Source: Elusimicrobiota bacterium
GTDB lineage: Bacteria > Elusimicrobiota > Endomicrobiia > CG1-02-37-114 > JAHJSO01
Assembly: GCA_043826435.1 (NCBI GenBank)
Contig: JBDRQF010000052.1
Coordinates: 1-15,026, forward strand
Length of the DNA stretch: 15,026 bases
Direction: 5' to 3'
The stretch's first letter is position 1; the number at the start of each line of letters is the position of its first letter. This document shows positions 1 to 11,775 of the stretch, in pieces. The notes below the pieces were generated by a model that saw nothing but the letters and a program-made list of their open reading frames with translations, was not told where the DNA came from and made no database searches. A program made the position numbers and the translations under genes.

Positions 1-1774
<1,774 letters not shown>

Positions 1775-1836
1775 ATCTTTTGATCCGTAAGTGCATTTTT
1801 GCCTACATTTTTGTGAACAAGCATATCAAAAATTTT

Positions 1837-1956
<120 letters not shown>

Positions 1957-1973
1957 TTAAATTAACAGGGAGT

Positions 1974-2057
1974 ATCATTCCGAGCCCCGAAGGGGCGAAG
2001 GAATCGCATGGATTATTGACGATGAGATTGCTTCGGGGCTTCGCCCCTCGCAATGAC
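1974..2057. repeat. REP/RPE-like palindromic doublet (two inverted ~33-nt hairpin units)
   Basis: Left unit ATCATTCCGAGCCCCGAAGGGGCGAAGGAATCGC; right unit read on the minus strand GTCATTGCGAGGGGCGAAGCCCCGAAGCAATCTC. Matches the recalled GTCATTGCGAG...GCAATC class of intergenic palindromic repeats. Confidence 0.8.
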
Positions 2058-2068
2058 ATACAAGAAAA

Positions 2069-2836
2069 ATGTACGGATGTAAAGTGGTGTGTTTTTTTGT
2101 CATTCTTGCCTGCATGTTTTCCGGGACGTTTGCTTCCGAGACGATGGATACGGCAAGGCAGATTGAAAAGGGGAAGGCAAGGGTCGTTTTCTACAATAGT
2201 TCTTTCAAAAATTCTCCCGTGTTGAAAGTCAGGGGCACAGGCAACGTCCGGATTACCCAGGGGTACGAGTATGCCACCGATTACGAAACGGAAGTTAACT
2301 GCAGCGGTTACGGTAACCAGACGGTTTTAAAGGTTTCATACAACCCGTTTGAAGGTTTAATCTGGTGGGGGAAGATAGGTTCGGCGGACTACAGGTTGGA
2401 CGTCCCGTCAACGAGTTATATTTCAACCTCGCTTGTCTCTTCGTCCCCCGGGTTGATGTCCGGTATAGGTGCCAGGTATCTGATTTTTCCCGAAACCGTG
2501 GTTACGCCTGCCCTTGGTGCGGATTTTTCTTTGACATTATCCGAAATCAGATTTGACAGGGCGTATCAATTAAGGTTTGAAACGGCAGAAGGACAGATAG
2601 CATTTATCATAAGCAAGACGATGTCCGTTTTTGAGCCGTATGGCGGAATAAAGGTTTATCGTTCCTATTCAAAAATTACTGACACGCAGACGTTTGAATC
2701 AACCTCCGGCTATAAGGATAATTTCAACCTGTTCGGGGGAGTGAGGGTGAAGTTATACAGGTACGAGTGGTTGATTGTTGAAGGAAATTTTATCGGGGAA
2801 ACAGGAATATCAGCCGGAGTAGGGTTGGGATTTTAA
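2069..2836 (+). CDS. Putative outer-membrane beta-barrel protein, chlamydial MOMP/PorB-like (255 aa)
   Basis: Hydrophobic N-terminus ending TFA-S (signal-peptide-like), alternating amphipathic strands rich in G/Y/F, and a C-terminal Phe (GISAGVGLGF, Bam signal-like). Motif EGQIAFIISKTMSVFEPYGGIKV resembles MOMP [23 protein letters not shown] as recalled. Confidence 0.75.
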   Translation: MYGCKVVCFFVILACMFSGTFASETMDTARQIEKGKARVVFYNSSFKNSPVLKVRGTGNVRITQGYEYATDYETEVNCSGYGNQTVLKVSYNPFEGLIWWGKIGSADYRLDVPSTSYISTSLVSSSPGLMSGIGARYLIFPETVVTPALGADFSLTLSEIRFDRAYQLRFETAEGQIAFIISKTMSVFEPYGGIKVYRSYSKITDTQTFESTSGYKDNFNLFGGVRVKLYRYEWLIVEGNFIGETGISAGVGLGF

Positions 2837-2838
2837 TA

Positions 2839-3384
2839 ATGGACAGGGGAAGCAAAGAAAATTTTTTGGGTGATTTTACCACAGTCATAAAAAGCAAGGG
2901 GCTGGTGTTTACCGAATACCATGGCCTGACTGTCCGGGAATTTAATGAATTGAGGAACACCTTGACTGCCTTTAACGCCAGTTATCAGGTCGTAAAAAAC
3001 ACAATTGCTTCCATCGCGCTCAAAAGCCTTAATATAGAAGGACTTCAGGAAAATCTTAAAGGACCCACTGCAATCGCAATAATAGATTCCGATGACCCGC
3101 TTGGGGCTGTAAAAAAACTCATACAGTTTTCAAAAACCCACGAGAAACTAAAAATAAAAGAGGGGTATTTATTCGGCAAACGGCTTAAGACCAGCGAAAT
3201 AAAAGGACTGGCAGACATACCGTCTAAAGAAGTTCTTCTTACAAAGACGGTTATGTCATTAAATGCCCTTCTGGTAAACCTTGTTCGTGTTTTAAGTGCG
3301 CCGCTGGGAGAGATTGTTTTTGTGTTGGACAGGATACAGAAAAAAACAGGAGGTGAAAAAAATGAGCACCAAAACAGAGGGTAA
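2839..3384 (+). CDS. rplJ: 50S ribosomal protein L10 (uL10)
   Basis: L10 motifs [31 protein letters not shown]; directly upstream of rplL. Confidence 0.96.
   Translation: MDRGSKENFLGDFTTVIKSKGLVFTEYHGLTVREFNELRNTLTAFNASYQVVKNTIASIALKSLNIEGLQENLKGPTAIAIIDSDDPLGAVKKLIQFSKTHEKLKIKEGYLFGKRLKTSEIKGLADIPSKEVLLTKTVMSLNALLVNLVRVLSAPLGEIVFVLDRIQKKTGGEKNEHQNRG
3349..3356 (+). promoter_or_regulatory. Strong Shine-Dalgarno site for rplL, inside the rplJ 3' end
   Basis: GGAGGTGA followed by AAAAA and then ATG at 3362. Confidence 0.85.
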
Positions 3385-3757
3385 GGACGCAATAGTTGAT
3401 GCGATTTCAAAACTGACCGTCATTGAACTGGCTGAACTGGTGAAGACGCTGGAAGAAAAATTCGGCGTAAGCGCCGCCGTGCCTATAATTGCCGCGGGCG
3501 CTGTCTCTTCTGCAGGTGCCGGAGCATCGGCGGCTGCTGAAGAAAAAACGGAATTCAGCGTTATCCTTGCAAATGTGGGGCAGAACAAGATTCCAGTCAT
3601 CAAGGTGGTAAGGGAAATTACAGGGCTCGGGCTGAAGGAGGCAAAAGACCTGGTTGATACGGCACCCAAACCGGTCAAGGAAGGCATCAACAAGGAACAA
3701 GCAGAAGAGATAAAAAATAAACTTGTTGAATTAGGGGCTACTGTAGAAATAAAATAG
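3362..3757 (+). CDS. rplL: 50S ribosomal protein L7/L12 (bL12), 131 aa; true start is 3362, not 3296
   Basis: [22 protein letters not shown], Ala-rich hinge, [36 protein letters not shown] before ATG 3362. Confidence 0.98.
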   Translation: MSTKTEGKDAIVDAISKLTVIELAELVKTLEEKFGVSAAVPIIAAGAVSSAGAGASAAAEEKTEFSVILANVGQNKIPVIKVVREITGLGLKEAKDLVDTAPKPVKEGINKEQAEEIKNKLVELGATVEIK

Positions 3758-3770
3758 GATATAAGGATAC

Positions 3771-6700
3771 ATGAAACAACAAAATTTTGCAAAACTCAAG
3801 AATGTCATGAACGTCCCCGACCTGCTGGAACTGCAGAAGGTATCGTATAATAATTTTCTGCAGGAGAATGTAGAACCGGAAAACAGAAAGTTGCACGGGC
3901 TGCATCAGGCGTTTATGGACGTTTTTGGAGACGCTGAGACAGGTGAAGGGATATCAAGTTCCGACGGCAGTCTGGTGATGCAGTATCTCCACTACACCAT
4001 AAACAATCCGAAGATTACGGAGAACGATGCGAAAAGTAAAGACCTTACCTACGGCGTCCCTTTGAGGGGGACGTTCAGGTTGCTTCAGAAATTGGAGACC
4101 GGCAAGATTAAAGAGTTATCACAGCAGGAGGTGTATCTTTGCGATATACCCAAAATAACCAACTCGGGTTCTTTTATCATAAACGGGGCAGAGAGGGTGG
4201 TTGTTTCCCAGATACACCGTTCGCCCGGCGTAATATTTGAAGAAGACGAGGAAAAGGTTATATCGCATCTGGGGAAGAAACTTTTCAAGGCGAGCGTGAT
4301 ACCTTACAGGGGGGCATGGCTGGATTTTGAATTTGACCTGAACAACATCCTTTACGTCCACATTGACAAGAAGAGAAAAATACCCGCAACCGTGCTTTTA
4401 AAGGCGATCGGGATTGAATCAACAAGCGATATCATTAAGATTTTCTATAATATTAAGAATGTACACAGGGAACACTTCAGGAATTGCATCGGCATGACCG
4501 TTGCGGAGGATGTGGTTGATAAAAAAACGGGCGAGGTGATCAGGGAGGCGCTGCAGGATATCCGGGAGGAACACGTAAAGGTTTTCAAAGAAAAGGTTGA
4601 CCATGTGAAGGTTGTGGACCCGGCTCCCGGGCTGAATGACCTGGCGATTCTCCTTACCCTGAAGGCCGACCAGACATCTTCAAAGAAAGAGGCGATTGAT
4701 TTAATTTATAAGATACTCCGCTCGCCTGAATTTATCACGCCTGAAATCGCAGAAAAACACCTGGATAGTTTACTCTTTAAGACGAAGCGGTATGATTTAA
4801 CCAGCGTAGGCAGGTACAAGATAAACAAGAAGTTTGCGCCGCTGTTCAACGAACTTACAAAGAACCATGCATGCAAGAACCTTGATTTTTCTTTCCCGGG
4901 AGATAAAAAACGGTGTCTCACAAGGGAAGACATTATCTGCACGATGAAACACGTGATAGCTCTCAATAACGGCATAGACGGTTATGAGGTTGACGATATA
5001 GACCATTTAGGCAACAGGAGGGTGAGATCCGTCGGCGAACTTCTGGAAAACCAGATAAGGATAGGCCTTCTGAACCTGGTCCGTATCACCAGGGAGAAAA
5101 TGAACACGGCCGACAAAAAGACCGTGCTGACCCCGAGGATTCTGATAAACGTCACCCCGCTTGTTTTAATCATAAAGAAATTTTTCGGAACTTCACAACT
5201 ATCACAGTTCATGGATCAGACAAACCCGCTTGCCGAATTGACGCACAAGAGACGTTTTTCAGCCCTGGGCCCCGGAGGCCTTCACCGTAAGCGGGCAGGT
5301 TTTGAGGTAAGGGACGTCCACCACACGCATTACGGCAGGGTGTGTCCCATAGAGACGCCTGAGGGCCCGAATATCGGCCTGATAACATCAATGGCATGCT
5401 ATGCCAGAGTAAACAATTACGGGCTTCTTGAGACGCCATACCGTAAGGTTGATAACGGGAAGGTTACCGACAAGATTGACTTTCTTACGGCCGTTGAAGA
5501 AGACAACTGTGTAATTGCCCAGGCGAATACGCCGATGGATAAGAGCGACCGGCTTGACGTTAACCTGGTTTCCTGCCGGCACGGCGGGGACGTGAAACTG
5601 GTTTCCCCGAAGAAGGTTGATTATATAGACATTTCAGCCATGCAGATCGTTTCAATTTCCACCGCGCTGATACCTTTCCTTGAACACGACGACGCAAACC
5701 GTGCGCTTATGGGAGCCAATATGCAGAGACAGGCGGTACCGCTGCTTATTACCGAATATCCGAACGTTATTACAGGGATTGAAGACAGGGTGGCATCCGA
5801 TTCATGCGCCGTTATTATGGCTAAACGTCCAGGCGAGATTTTATCGGTGGATTCGGAAGAGATAGCCGTCTATACCGAAGACGGCGAGGTTGACATATAC
5901 AACCTGAGAAAATATCAAAGGACCAACCAGGACACTGCTGTAAACCACATTCCCGTTGTTAACAAACAGGAGAAAGTAAGGAAGAACGAACTGCTTGCTG
6001 ACGGGCCAAGCACATCTGAGGGGTATCTGTCGCTGGGCAAAAATGTGAACGTTGCATTTATGTCCTGGGAGGGTTTTAATTTTGAAGACGCTATTTTAAT
6101 AAGCGAGCGACTTGTAAAAGAGGACGTTTTCACGTCAATCCATGTCCAGGAATTCCAGGTTGAATCGCGTGACACGAAGATAGGCCCTGAGGAAATCACG
6201 AGAGACATACCCAACGTGGGAGCCGAAGACCTTTTGAACCTGGACGAGCACGGCATAATACGGGCAGGGACCGAAGTCGGGCAGGGTGACATACTTGTGG
6301 GGAAAACAGCCCCTAAGGGCGAGCAGCAGGTGACAATGGAAGAGCGTCTCCTGAAGGCGATTTTCGGCAAGAAAGCGGAGGACGTGGTTGATGTCTCCCT
6401 GAGGGTTCCGCCGGGCGTAAAAGGCAAGGTTATGAACATTCAGATACTTAACCGGTGGGAGAAACCCAGTAAGAAGAAAGAGAAGACAAACGTGGAAAGT
6501 TTCAATGAGGAATACAGGGATAAACTGAAGAAACTCAGGGCGGTGCGCGAGGACGTACTGTCAACGACGCAGGGCAGGCAGGAGAAGGCGAAGATTGAAA
6601 AATACTACAGGAAAAAAGAAGAACAGCTGGAGGAGGAGAAAAAAAGAATTAAGGAACAGATGAAGTTCGGCAACGAACTCCCTATAACCGTGAATAAGGT

Positions 6701-7538
6701 CGTTAAGGTTTACATAGCATCCATCAGGAAAGTCCAGGTAGGGGACAAGTTAGCCGGAAGACACGGTAACAAGGGTGTTGTCGCCAAGATATTACCCGAC
6801 GAAGACATGCCGTATATGCCTGACGGGACACCCATAGACGTAGTCCTCTCCCCGCTGTCCATTCCTTCCAGGATGAACGTGGGGCAACTGCTCGAAACGA
6901 TGTTGGGGTGGTCATCCAGTATACTCGGCGTTAAGATGGTTTGCCCGGTATTTGACGGCGCATCCGAACGCGACGTAATAGAAATGATTCGCAAAGCCAA
7001 AGAATATCTGAAGTCAAAGGGAGTCAAGGAAGAATATATGCCTACCGACGACTGCAGGATTGCCCTGTACGACGGGCGTACGGGTGAGCCATTCATGGAA
7101 AAGATTACCATAGGGAATATGTATCTTATGAAACTGGTACACCTTGTAGAAGACAAGATACATGCAAGGTCAACGGGGCCGTATTCGCTTATAACCAGGC
7201 AACCATTAGGCGGCAAGGCGCAGTTCGGCGGCCAGCGTTTCGGCGAGATGGAGGTGTGGGCTATTGAGGGTTACGGCGCCGCCCATACGTTGCAGGAATT
7301 CCTCACCGTCAAGAGCGACGACGTAAGCGGAAGAACCAAAGTGTATGAATCAATAATAAAGGGAGAAGTGCTTTCTGAGACAGGTACCCCGGAATCGTTC
7401 AAAGTTCTGGTAAAAGAACTGCAGGGATTGGGGTTGAACATAGAACTTATCTCATCAAAAAAGAGCGGGCCAGGCAAAGATGTCCCCGGTATGCCTAAGC
7501 CCGGGAAGGAAAAGGTACTGGAGCGGACAACCAAGTAG
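3771..7538 (+). CDS. rpoB: DNA-directed RNA polymerase subunit beta
   Basis: INGAERVVVSQIHRSPG, SQLSQFMDQTNPL, CPIETPEGPNIGL, GDKLAGRHGNKG, GGQRFGEMEVWA; AAGGA SD upstream. Confidence 0.99.
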   Translation: MKQQNFAKLKNVMNVPDLLELQKVSYNNFLQENVEPENRKLHGLHQAFMDVFGDAETGEGISSSDGSLVMQYLHYTINNPKITENDAKSKDLTYGVPLRGTFRLLQKLETGKIKELSQQEVYLCDIPKITNSGSFIINGAERVVVSQIHRSPGVIFEEDEEKVISHLGKKLFKASVIPYRGAWLDFEFDLNNILYVHIDKKRKIPATVLLKAIGIESTSDIIKIFYNIKNVHREHFRNCIGMTVAEDVVDKKTGEVIREALQDIREEHVKVFKEKVDHVKVVDPAPGLNDLAILLTLKADQTSSKKEAIDLIYKILRSPEFITPEIAEKHLDSLLFKTKRYDLTSVGRYKINKKFAPLFNELTKNHACKNLDFSFPGDKKRCLTREDIICTMKHVIALNNGIDGYEVDDIDHLGNRRVRSVGELLENQIRIGLLNLVRITREKMNTADKKTVLTPRILINVTPLVLIIKKFFGTSQLSQFMDQTNPLAELTHKRRFSALGPGGLHRKRAGFEVRDVHHTHYGRVCPIETPEGPNIGLITSMACYARVNNYGLLETPYRKVDNGKVTDKIDFLTAVEEDNCVIAQANTPMDKSDRLDVNLVSCRHGGDVKLVSPKKVDYIDISAMQIVSISTALIPFLEHDDANRALMGANMQRQAVPLLITEYPNVITGIEDRVASDSCAVIMAKRPGEILSVDSEEIAVYTEDGEVDIYNLRKYQRTNQDTAVNHIPVVNKQEKVRKNELLADGPSTSEGYLSLGKNVNVAFMSWEGFNFEDAILISERLVKEDVFTSIHVQEFQVESRDTKIGPEEITRDIPNVGAEDLLNLDEHGIIRAGTEVGQGDILVGKTAPKGEQQVTMEERLLKAIFGKKAEDVVDVSLRVPPGVKGKVMNIQILNRWEKPSKKKEKTNVESFNEEYRDKLKKLRAVREDVLSTTQGRQEKAKIEKYYRKKEEQLEEEKKRIKEQMKFGNELPITVNKVVKVYIASIRKVQVGDKLAGRHGNKGVVAKILPDEDMPYMPDGTPIDVVLSPLSIPSRMNVGQLLETMLGWSSSILGVKMVCPVFDGASERDVIEMIRKAKEYLKSKGVKEEYMPTDDCRIALYDGRTGEPFMEKITIGNMYLMKLVHLVEDKIHARSTGPYSLITRQPLGGKAQFGGQRFGEMEVWAIEGYGAAHTLQEFLTVKSDDVSGRTKVYESIIKGEVLSETGTPESFKVLVKELQGLGLNIELISSKKSGPGKDVPGMPKPGKEKVLERTTK

Positions 7539-7571
7539 GGTCGCTGGTGCATGAGCGCCCAAGGATAAAAA

Positions 7572-10500
7572 ATGGTACAGATAACAAGAAAGAAAATTTT
7601 ACCTAATCTGGATTTTTCCGATTTTGACAGTATCAAAATCACGCTTGCCTCACCCGAACAGATAAAGTTGTGGTCTTACGGCGAGGTCAAGAAGCCGGAA
7701 ACAATAAATTACAGGACTTTCAGGCCAGAGAGGGACGGCCTTTTCTGCGAGAAGTTATTCGGTCCGGTAAGGGACTGGGAGTGCAATTGCGGCAAATACA
7801 AATTCGTAAAACACAAAGGGGTGGTGTGTGACAGGTGCGGGGTTGAAGTGACCGAATCAAAGGTCCGCAGGGAGAGAATGGGACACATAGAACTGGCTGT
7901 CCCGGTAACGCATGTCTGGTTTCTCAGGAAGCCGCCGTCAAGAGTCGGGATGTTTCTTGAGATGCCTCTTATAGACCTTGAGAGGATTATATATTATCTG
8001 AGATACCTGGTCACGGACGATTTGAAGGACGTTGACGGGAACGTTGTCGTAAAACAGGATGCCTGTATTACGCAGGAAGAGTATCATAAATACAGGCAGG
8101 AGCACGGCGACAGGTTAAAGGTGGATATAGGCGCCGGGGCGATAAGGAAACTGCTTGAAAAAATCAATCTGCAAAAAGAAATACAGAACATCCGCAGTAA
8201 CATTGTAAAGACGCAGTCGGATGCTGAAAGGTCCCGGCTTACGAAGCGTCTGCGCCTTTTTGAAGGGTTTGAAAAGTCAGGCATGAGGCCCGAGTGGATG
8301 ATAATGACCATGCTTCCCGTTATCCCGCCCGACCTGAGGCCGCTTGTTCCTCTTGAAGGCGGAAGGTTTGCCACGAGTGATTTAAACGACCTGTACAGGA
8401 GAGTCATAAACAGGAACAACCGACTCAAACACATCCAGACCCTCAAAGCCCCGGAGATAATGATTAACAATGAGAAACGTCTCCTGCAGGAGGCCATAGA
8501 CGCCCTGATTGAAAACGGCTCGCGTTCATCTCCTGTGCTGGGCGCCGGCGGAAGGCCGCTGAAATCGTTCTCGGACATCCTCAAAGGTAAACAGGGCAGG
8601 TTCAGGCAGAACCTCCTGGGAAAAAGGGTTGATTATTCAGGCAGGAGCGTTATCGTTGTAGGCCCGAACCTTAAATTGCACCAGTGCGGCCTCCCCAAGG
8701 AGATGGCCGTTGAACTCTTCAAACCGTTTATCCTGCATCGTCTGATAAAGAAAGAAAACGTAACCTTAAAAGCAGCAAAGCGTATACTTGAAAAACACAA
8801 ACCTGAGATATGGAGTATACTGGAAGATATTATCAAGGATCACCCGGTGCTGCTTAACAGGGCGCCAACGCTTCACAGGATAAGCATCCAGGCGTTTGAA
8901 CCCATACTTGTTGAAGGCAAGGCGATACAACTCCACCCGCTTACATGCGCTGCGTTTAACGCTGATTTTGACGGCGACCAGATGGCCGTTCACGTCCCGC
9001 TTTCGCCGGAGTCGCAGTTAGAATCAAGAATTCTGATGTTGGCTACGAACAATATCTTTTCACCTGCAAGTGGCAAGCCCATTACAGTGGCAAGCCAGGA
9101 TATGGTGCTGGGATGTGCCTATCTCACCAGTGTTAAGTCAGGAGAGAAGGGCGAGGGGATGATATTTTCAAGTCCCGACGAAGTTATATCCGCATACCAG
9201 CGCGGGCACGTAGCTTTGAATGCGAAGATTAAACTCCATGGCGTAACGAAAATATGCGAGGAAGGGCTTAAGCACAATGAGGTTTTTAATGCTTCAAAAT
9301 GGGGTGATTGGACAACGCCTGGCCGGGTTATATTCAGCGATATCCTTCCCGGGCGGATAGGATTTGTAAATAAGTTTATAGGCAAGAAAGAACTCCTGGA
9401 CATAGTGGATAACTGTTACCGCATTTTAGGCCGTTACAGGACGGTCGTCCTGTTGGACGACCTTAAGCAATTGGGTTTCAAATACGCCACGATTTCGGGA
9501 CTGTCAATTTCAATAATGGATATGAAGATCCCGCCGCAGAAGAAGGAGCTTGTGCAGAAAGCCCGGAAAGAAGTGGAAGAAATTGAAGGCCAGGCGATGA
9601 AAGGGCTTATAACGGAGACAGAAAGATACAACAAGGTTATTGATATATGGACGCATGTTACGGACAGGATCGCTGATTTGATGTTTGATGAGATGAAGAA
9701 AGAACACCTGCTACCTTACAGGCACGGCGATGTCCGGTTTAACCCTATTTTTATGATGGCGAATTCCGGGGCGAGGGGTAACAAGCAACAGGTTAGGCAG
9801 TTGGCCGGTATGAGAGGCCTTATGGCCAGGCCGCAAAAGAAAATGACCGGCCAGGTCGGTGAGATTATTGAATCCCCTGTTATATCCAACTTCAGAGAAG
9901 GCCTTTCGGTGCTGGAATATTTCATATCAACCCACGGGGGAAGGAAAGGACTTGCAGACACCGCCCTGAAAACTGCGGACGCAGGTTACCTTACCCGCAA
10001 ACTCGTTGACGCATCCCACAATGTGGTCGTTATGGAACTTGACTGCGGGACAATCAACGGCGTCAGGATAGGCGCCCTGCAGAGCGGCGAGGAGATAATT
10101 GAGCCATTTGAAGACAGGATTGTCGGCAGGGTTACGCTTGACAACATCACGGGGATTGTTACCGATGCGGTCACGGGCGAACTAAAAGACGAAATGATAA
10201 TTCAGGAGGGTGAAATAATAACCCTGGAACAGGCGAAGAAAATAATTCAGGCGGGGATTGAGCAGATAAGAATCCGTTCAGTCCTTACATGCGAAGCCAG
10301 GCTTGGCGTTTGCAGCAAGTGCTACGGTTTGAACCTCGCCACCGGCAAGAATGCTTCGGTGGGAGATGCGGTCGGGATAATCGCCGCCCAGTCAATAGGA
10401 GAGCCGGGCACGCAGCTGACCCTCAGGACTTTCCATATCGGCGGTACTGCAAGCAGGGTGGTCAGGAAATCCCAGATAATGGCGGAGCGGACTTCAGTGG

Positions 10501-11759
10501 TGAAACTCCACAACCTTAAAGCCGTTAGGGACAGAGAAAACAACCTGATTGTCCTCACAAGGAACAGCGAAATAATACTTTCCGAGATAAATGCAAAAAG
10601 GAAAGACGTTTACCGCCTGCCTTACGGCGCCAGGTTAAAAGTCAAAGACAACCAGACGGTTGAAAAAGGCACCCGGGTGGTCGAGTGGGACCCGTATTCG
10701 CTTTCCATTATCTCGGAACACGACGGTAAGGTCAGATACGAAGACGTAATAGAAGGCAAGACGCTGCACGAGGATAAGAGTAAGGTTACAGGCATGGTTG
10801 AAAGAGTAGTAATTGAGTGCCGCGGCGAAAAACTAAGCCCGCAGTTGGTTGTAACAAAAGACGGCAAACAAATGGCTACTTATCCCCTGCCAGTTGACAC
10901 GATACTTTCGGTTGGAAACGGTTCCGAGGTCCGGGTCGGGGACGTTATAGCCCAGATACCCCAGGAGGTTATAAAGTCGAAGGACATCACAGGAGGACTC
11001 CCGCGCGTCGCCGAACTTTTTGAGGCGAGACACCCGAAGAACGCATCCGTTATATCCGAAATAGACGGCTCCATAAGGTTGGGGCTTACCCAGAAAGGTA
11101 CGCCGAAGGTTACCGTGACCAATGAACAGTCGGGTATGAGCATGGAATACGAAATACCCGCGGGACGCCACCTCGTTGTTTATGAAGGCGACAGAGTAGG
11201 TGCCGGCGAGCCGTTGACCGACGGAGCGATTGACCCTCACGACATCCTTAAAGTAAAGGGCGCAAAGGAAGTGCAGGAGTTCCTTGTAAATGAAATCCAG
11301 CAGGTTTACCGTTTGCAGGGTGTGACTATAAACGACAAACACATTGAAATAATCGTCAGGCAGATGCTGTCCAATGTCCGCATAACGGACCCGGGTTCAA
11401 GCACGTTCTTATACGGCGAGATAATCCAGAGAAGGGTATATGAAGTGGAGAGGAGCCGGCTGGAGGTCTTAAAGAAGAAAATAAGCAAGGAAAAAGGCAA
11501 GCAAGAGGCAAAGAACATAAAACTGCCTGAAACCCAGCCCGTGTTGCTGGGGGTTACCAAGGCCTCACTGGCGAGCGAGTCATTTATATCCGCGGCAAGT
11601 TTCCAGGAAACGACCCGCATACTGACGGACGCAGCCACTCTGGGCGAGGTTGACAATCTTAAAGGATTAAAAGAGAACGTAATTATAGGCCACCTGATAC
11701 CAGCAGGCACAGGGCTCAAAAAGGAAACGGTAGAGGTGCAACGTCAGAGTGGACGTTGA
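7572..11759 (+). CDS. rpoC: DNA-directed RNA polymerase subunit beta'
   Basis: Zn finger (CNC...CDRC), [13 protein letters not shown], catalytic [12 protein letters not shown], bridge helix [32 protein letters not shown]. Confidence 0.99.
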   Translation: MVQITRKKILPNLDFSDFDSIKITLASPEQIKLWSYGEVKKPETINYRTFRPERDGLFCEKLFGPVRDWECNCGKYKFVKHKGVVCDRCGVEVTESKVRRERMGHIELAVPVTHVWFLRKPPSRVGMFLEMPLIDLERIIYYLRYLVTDDLKDVDGNVVVKQDACITQEEYHKYRQEHGDRLKVDIGAGAIRKLLEKINLQKEIQNIRSNIVKTQSDAERSRLTKRLRLFEGFEKSGMRPEWMIMTMLPVIPPDLRPLVPLEGGRFATSDLNDLYRRVINRNNRLKHIQTLKAPEIMINNEKRLLQEAIDALIENGSRSSPVLGAGGRPLKSFSDILKGKQGRFRQNLLGKRVDYSGRSVIVVGPNLKLHQCGLPKEMAVELFKPFILHRLIKKENVTLKAAKRILEKHKPEIWSILEDIIKDHPVLLNRAPTLHRISIQAFEPILVEGKAIQLHPLTCAAFNADFDGDQMAVHVPLSPESQLESRILMLATNNIFSPASGKPITVASQDMVLGCAYLTSVKSGEKGEGMIFSSPDEVISAYQRGHVALNAKIKLHGVTKICEEGLKHNEVFNASKWGDWTTPGRVIFSDILPGRIGFVNKFIGKKELLDIVDNCYRILGRYRTVVLLDDLKQLGFKYATISGLSISIMDMKIPPQKKELVQKARKEVEEIEGQAMKGLITETERYNKVIDIWTHVTDRIADLMFDEMKKEHLLPYRHGDVRFNPIFMMANSGARGNKQQVRQLAGMRGLMARPQKKMTGQVGEIIESPVISNFREGLSVLEYFISTHGGRKGLADTALKTADAGYLTRKLVDASHNVVVMELDCGTINGVRIGALQSGEEIIEPFEDRIVGRVTLDNITGIVTDAVTGELKDEMIIQEGEIITLEQAKKIIQAGIEQIRIRSVLTCEARLGVCSKCYGLNLATGKNASVGDAVGIIAAQSIGEPGTQLTLRTFHIGGTASRVVRKSQIMAERTSVVKLHNLKAVRDRENNLIVLTRNSEIILSEINAKRKDVYRLPYGARLKVKDNQTVEKGTRVVEWDPYSLSIISEHDGKVRYEDVIEGKTLHEDKSKVTGMVERVVIECRGEKLSPQLVVTKDGKQMATYPLPVDTILSVGNGSEVRVGDVIAQIPQEVIKSKDITGGLPRVAELFEARHPKNASVISEIDGSIRLGLTQKGTPKVTVTNEQSGMSMEYEIPAGRHLVVYEGDRVGAGEPLTDGAIDPHDILKVKGAKEVQEFLVNEIQQVYRLQGVTINDKHIEIIVRQMLSNVRITDPGSSTFLYGEIIQRRVYEVERSRLEVLKKKISKEKGKQEAKNIKLPETQPVLLGVTKASLASESFISAASFQETTRILTDAATLGEVDNLKGLKENVIIGHLIPAGTGLKKETVEVQRQSGR

Positions 11760-11775
11760 CACAGACCAGTGTCAA
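11756..11775. promoter_or_regulatory. Perfect inverted repeat TTGACAC-N6-GTGTCAA over the rpoC stop codon (hairpin or operator)
   Basis: 7-bp perfect arms at 11756-11762 and 11769-11775; each arm contains TTGACA on its own strand. Function is inferred only. Confidence 0.4.

Noticed and set aside
2016..2045. TTGACG as the -35 of a promoter for the barrel gene
   Set aside because: The matching -10 position falls in the GC-rich hairpin with no TATAAT-like hexamer.
3296..3361. Longer rplL start at 3296
   Set aside because: The extension is non-homologous; the strong SD supports ATG 3362.
3771..11759. Inteins, frameshifts or rpoB-rpoC fusion
   Set aside because: Both ORFs are intact, of normal length, lack intein motifs and are separated by a stop and a 33-nt spacer.
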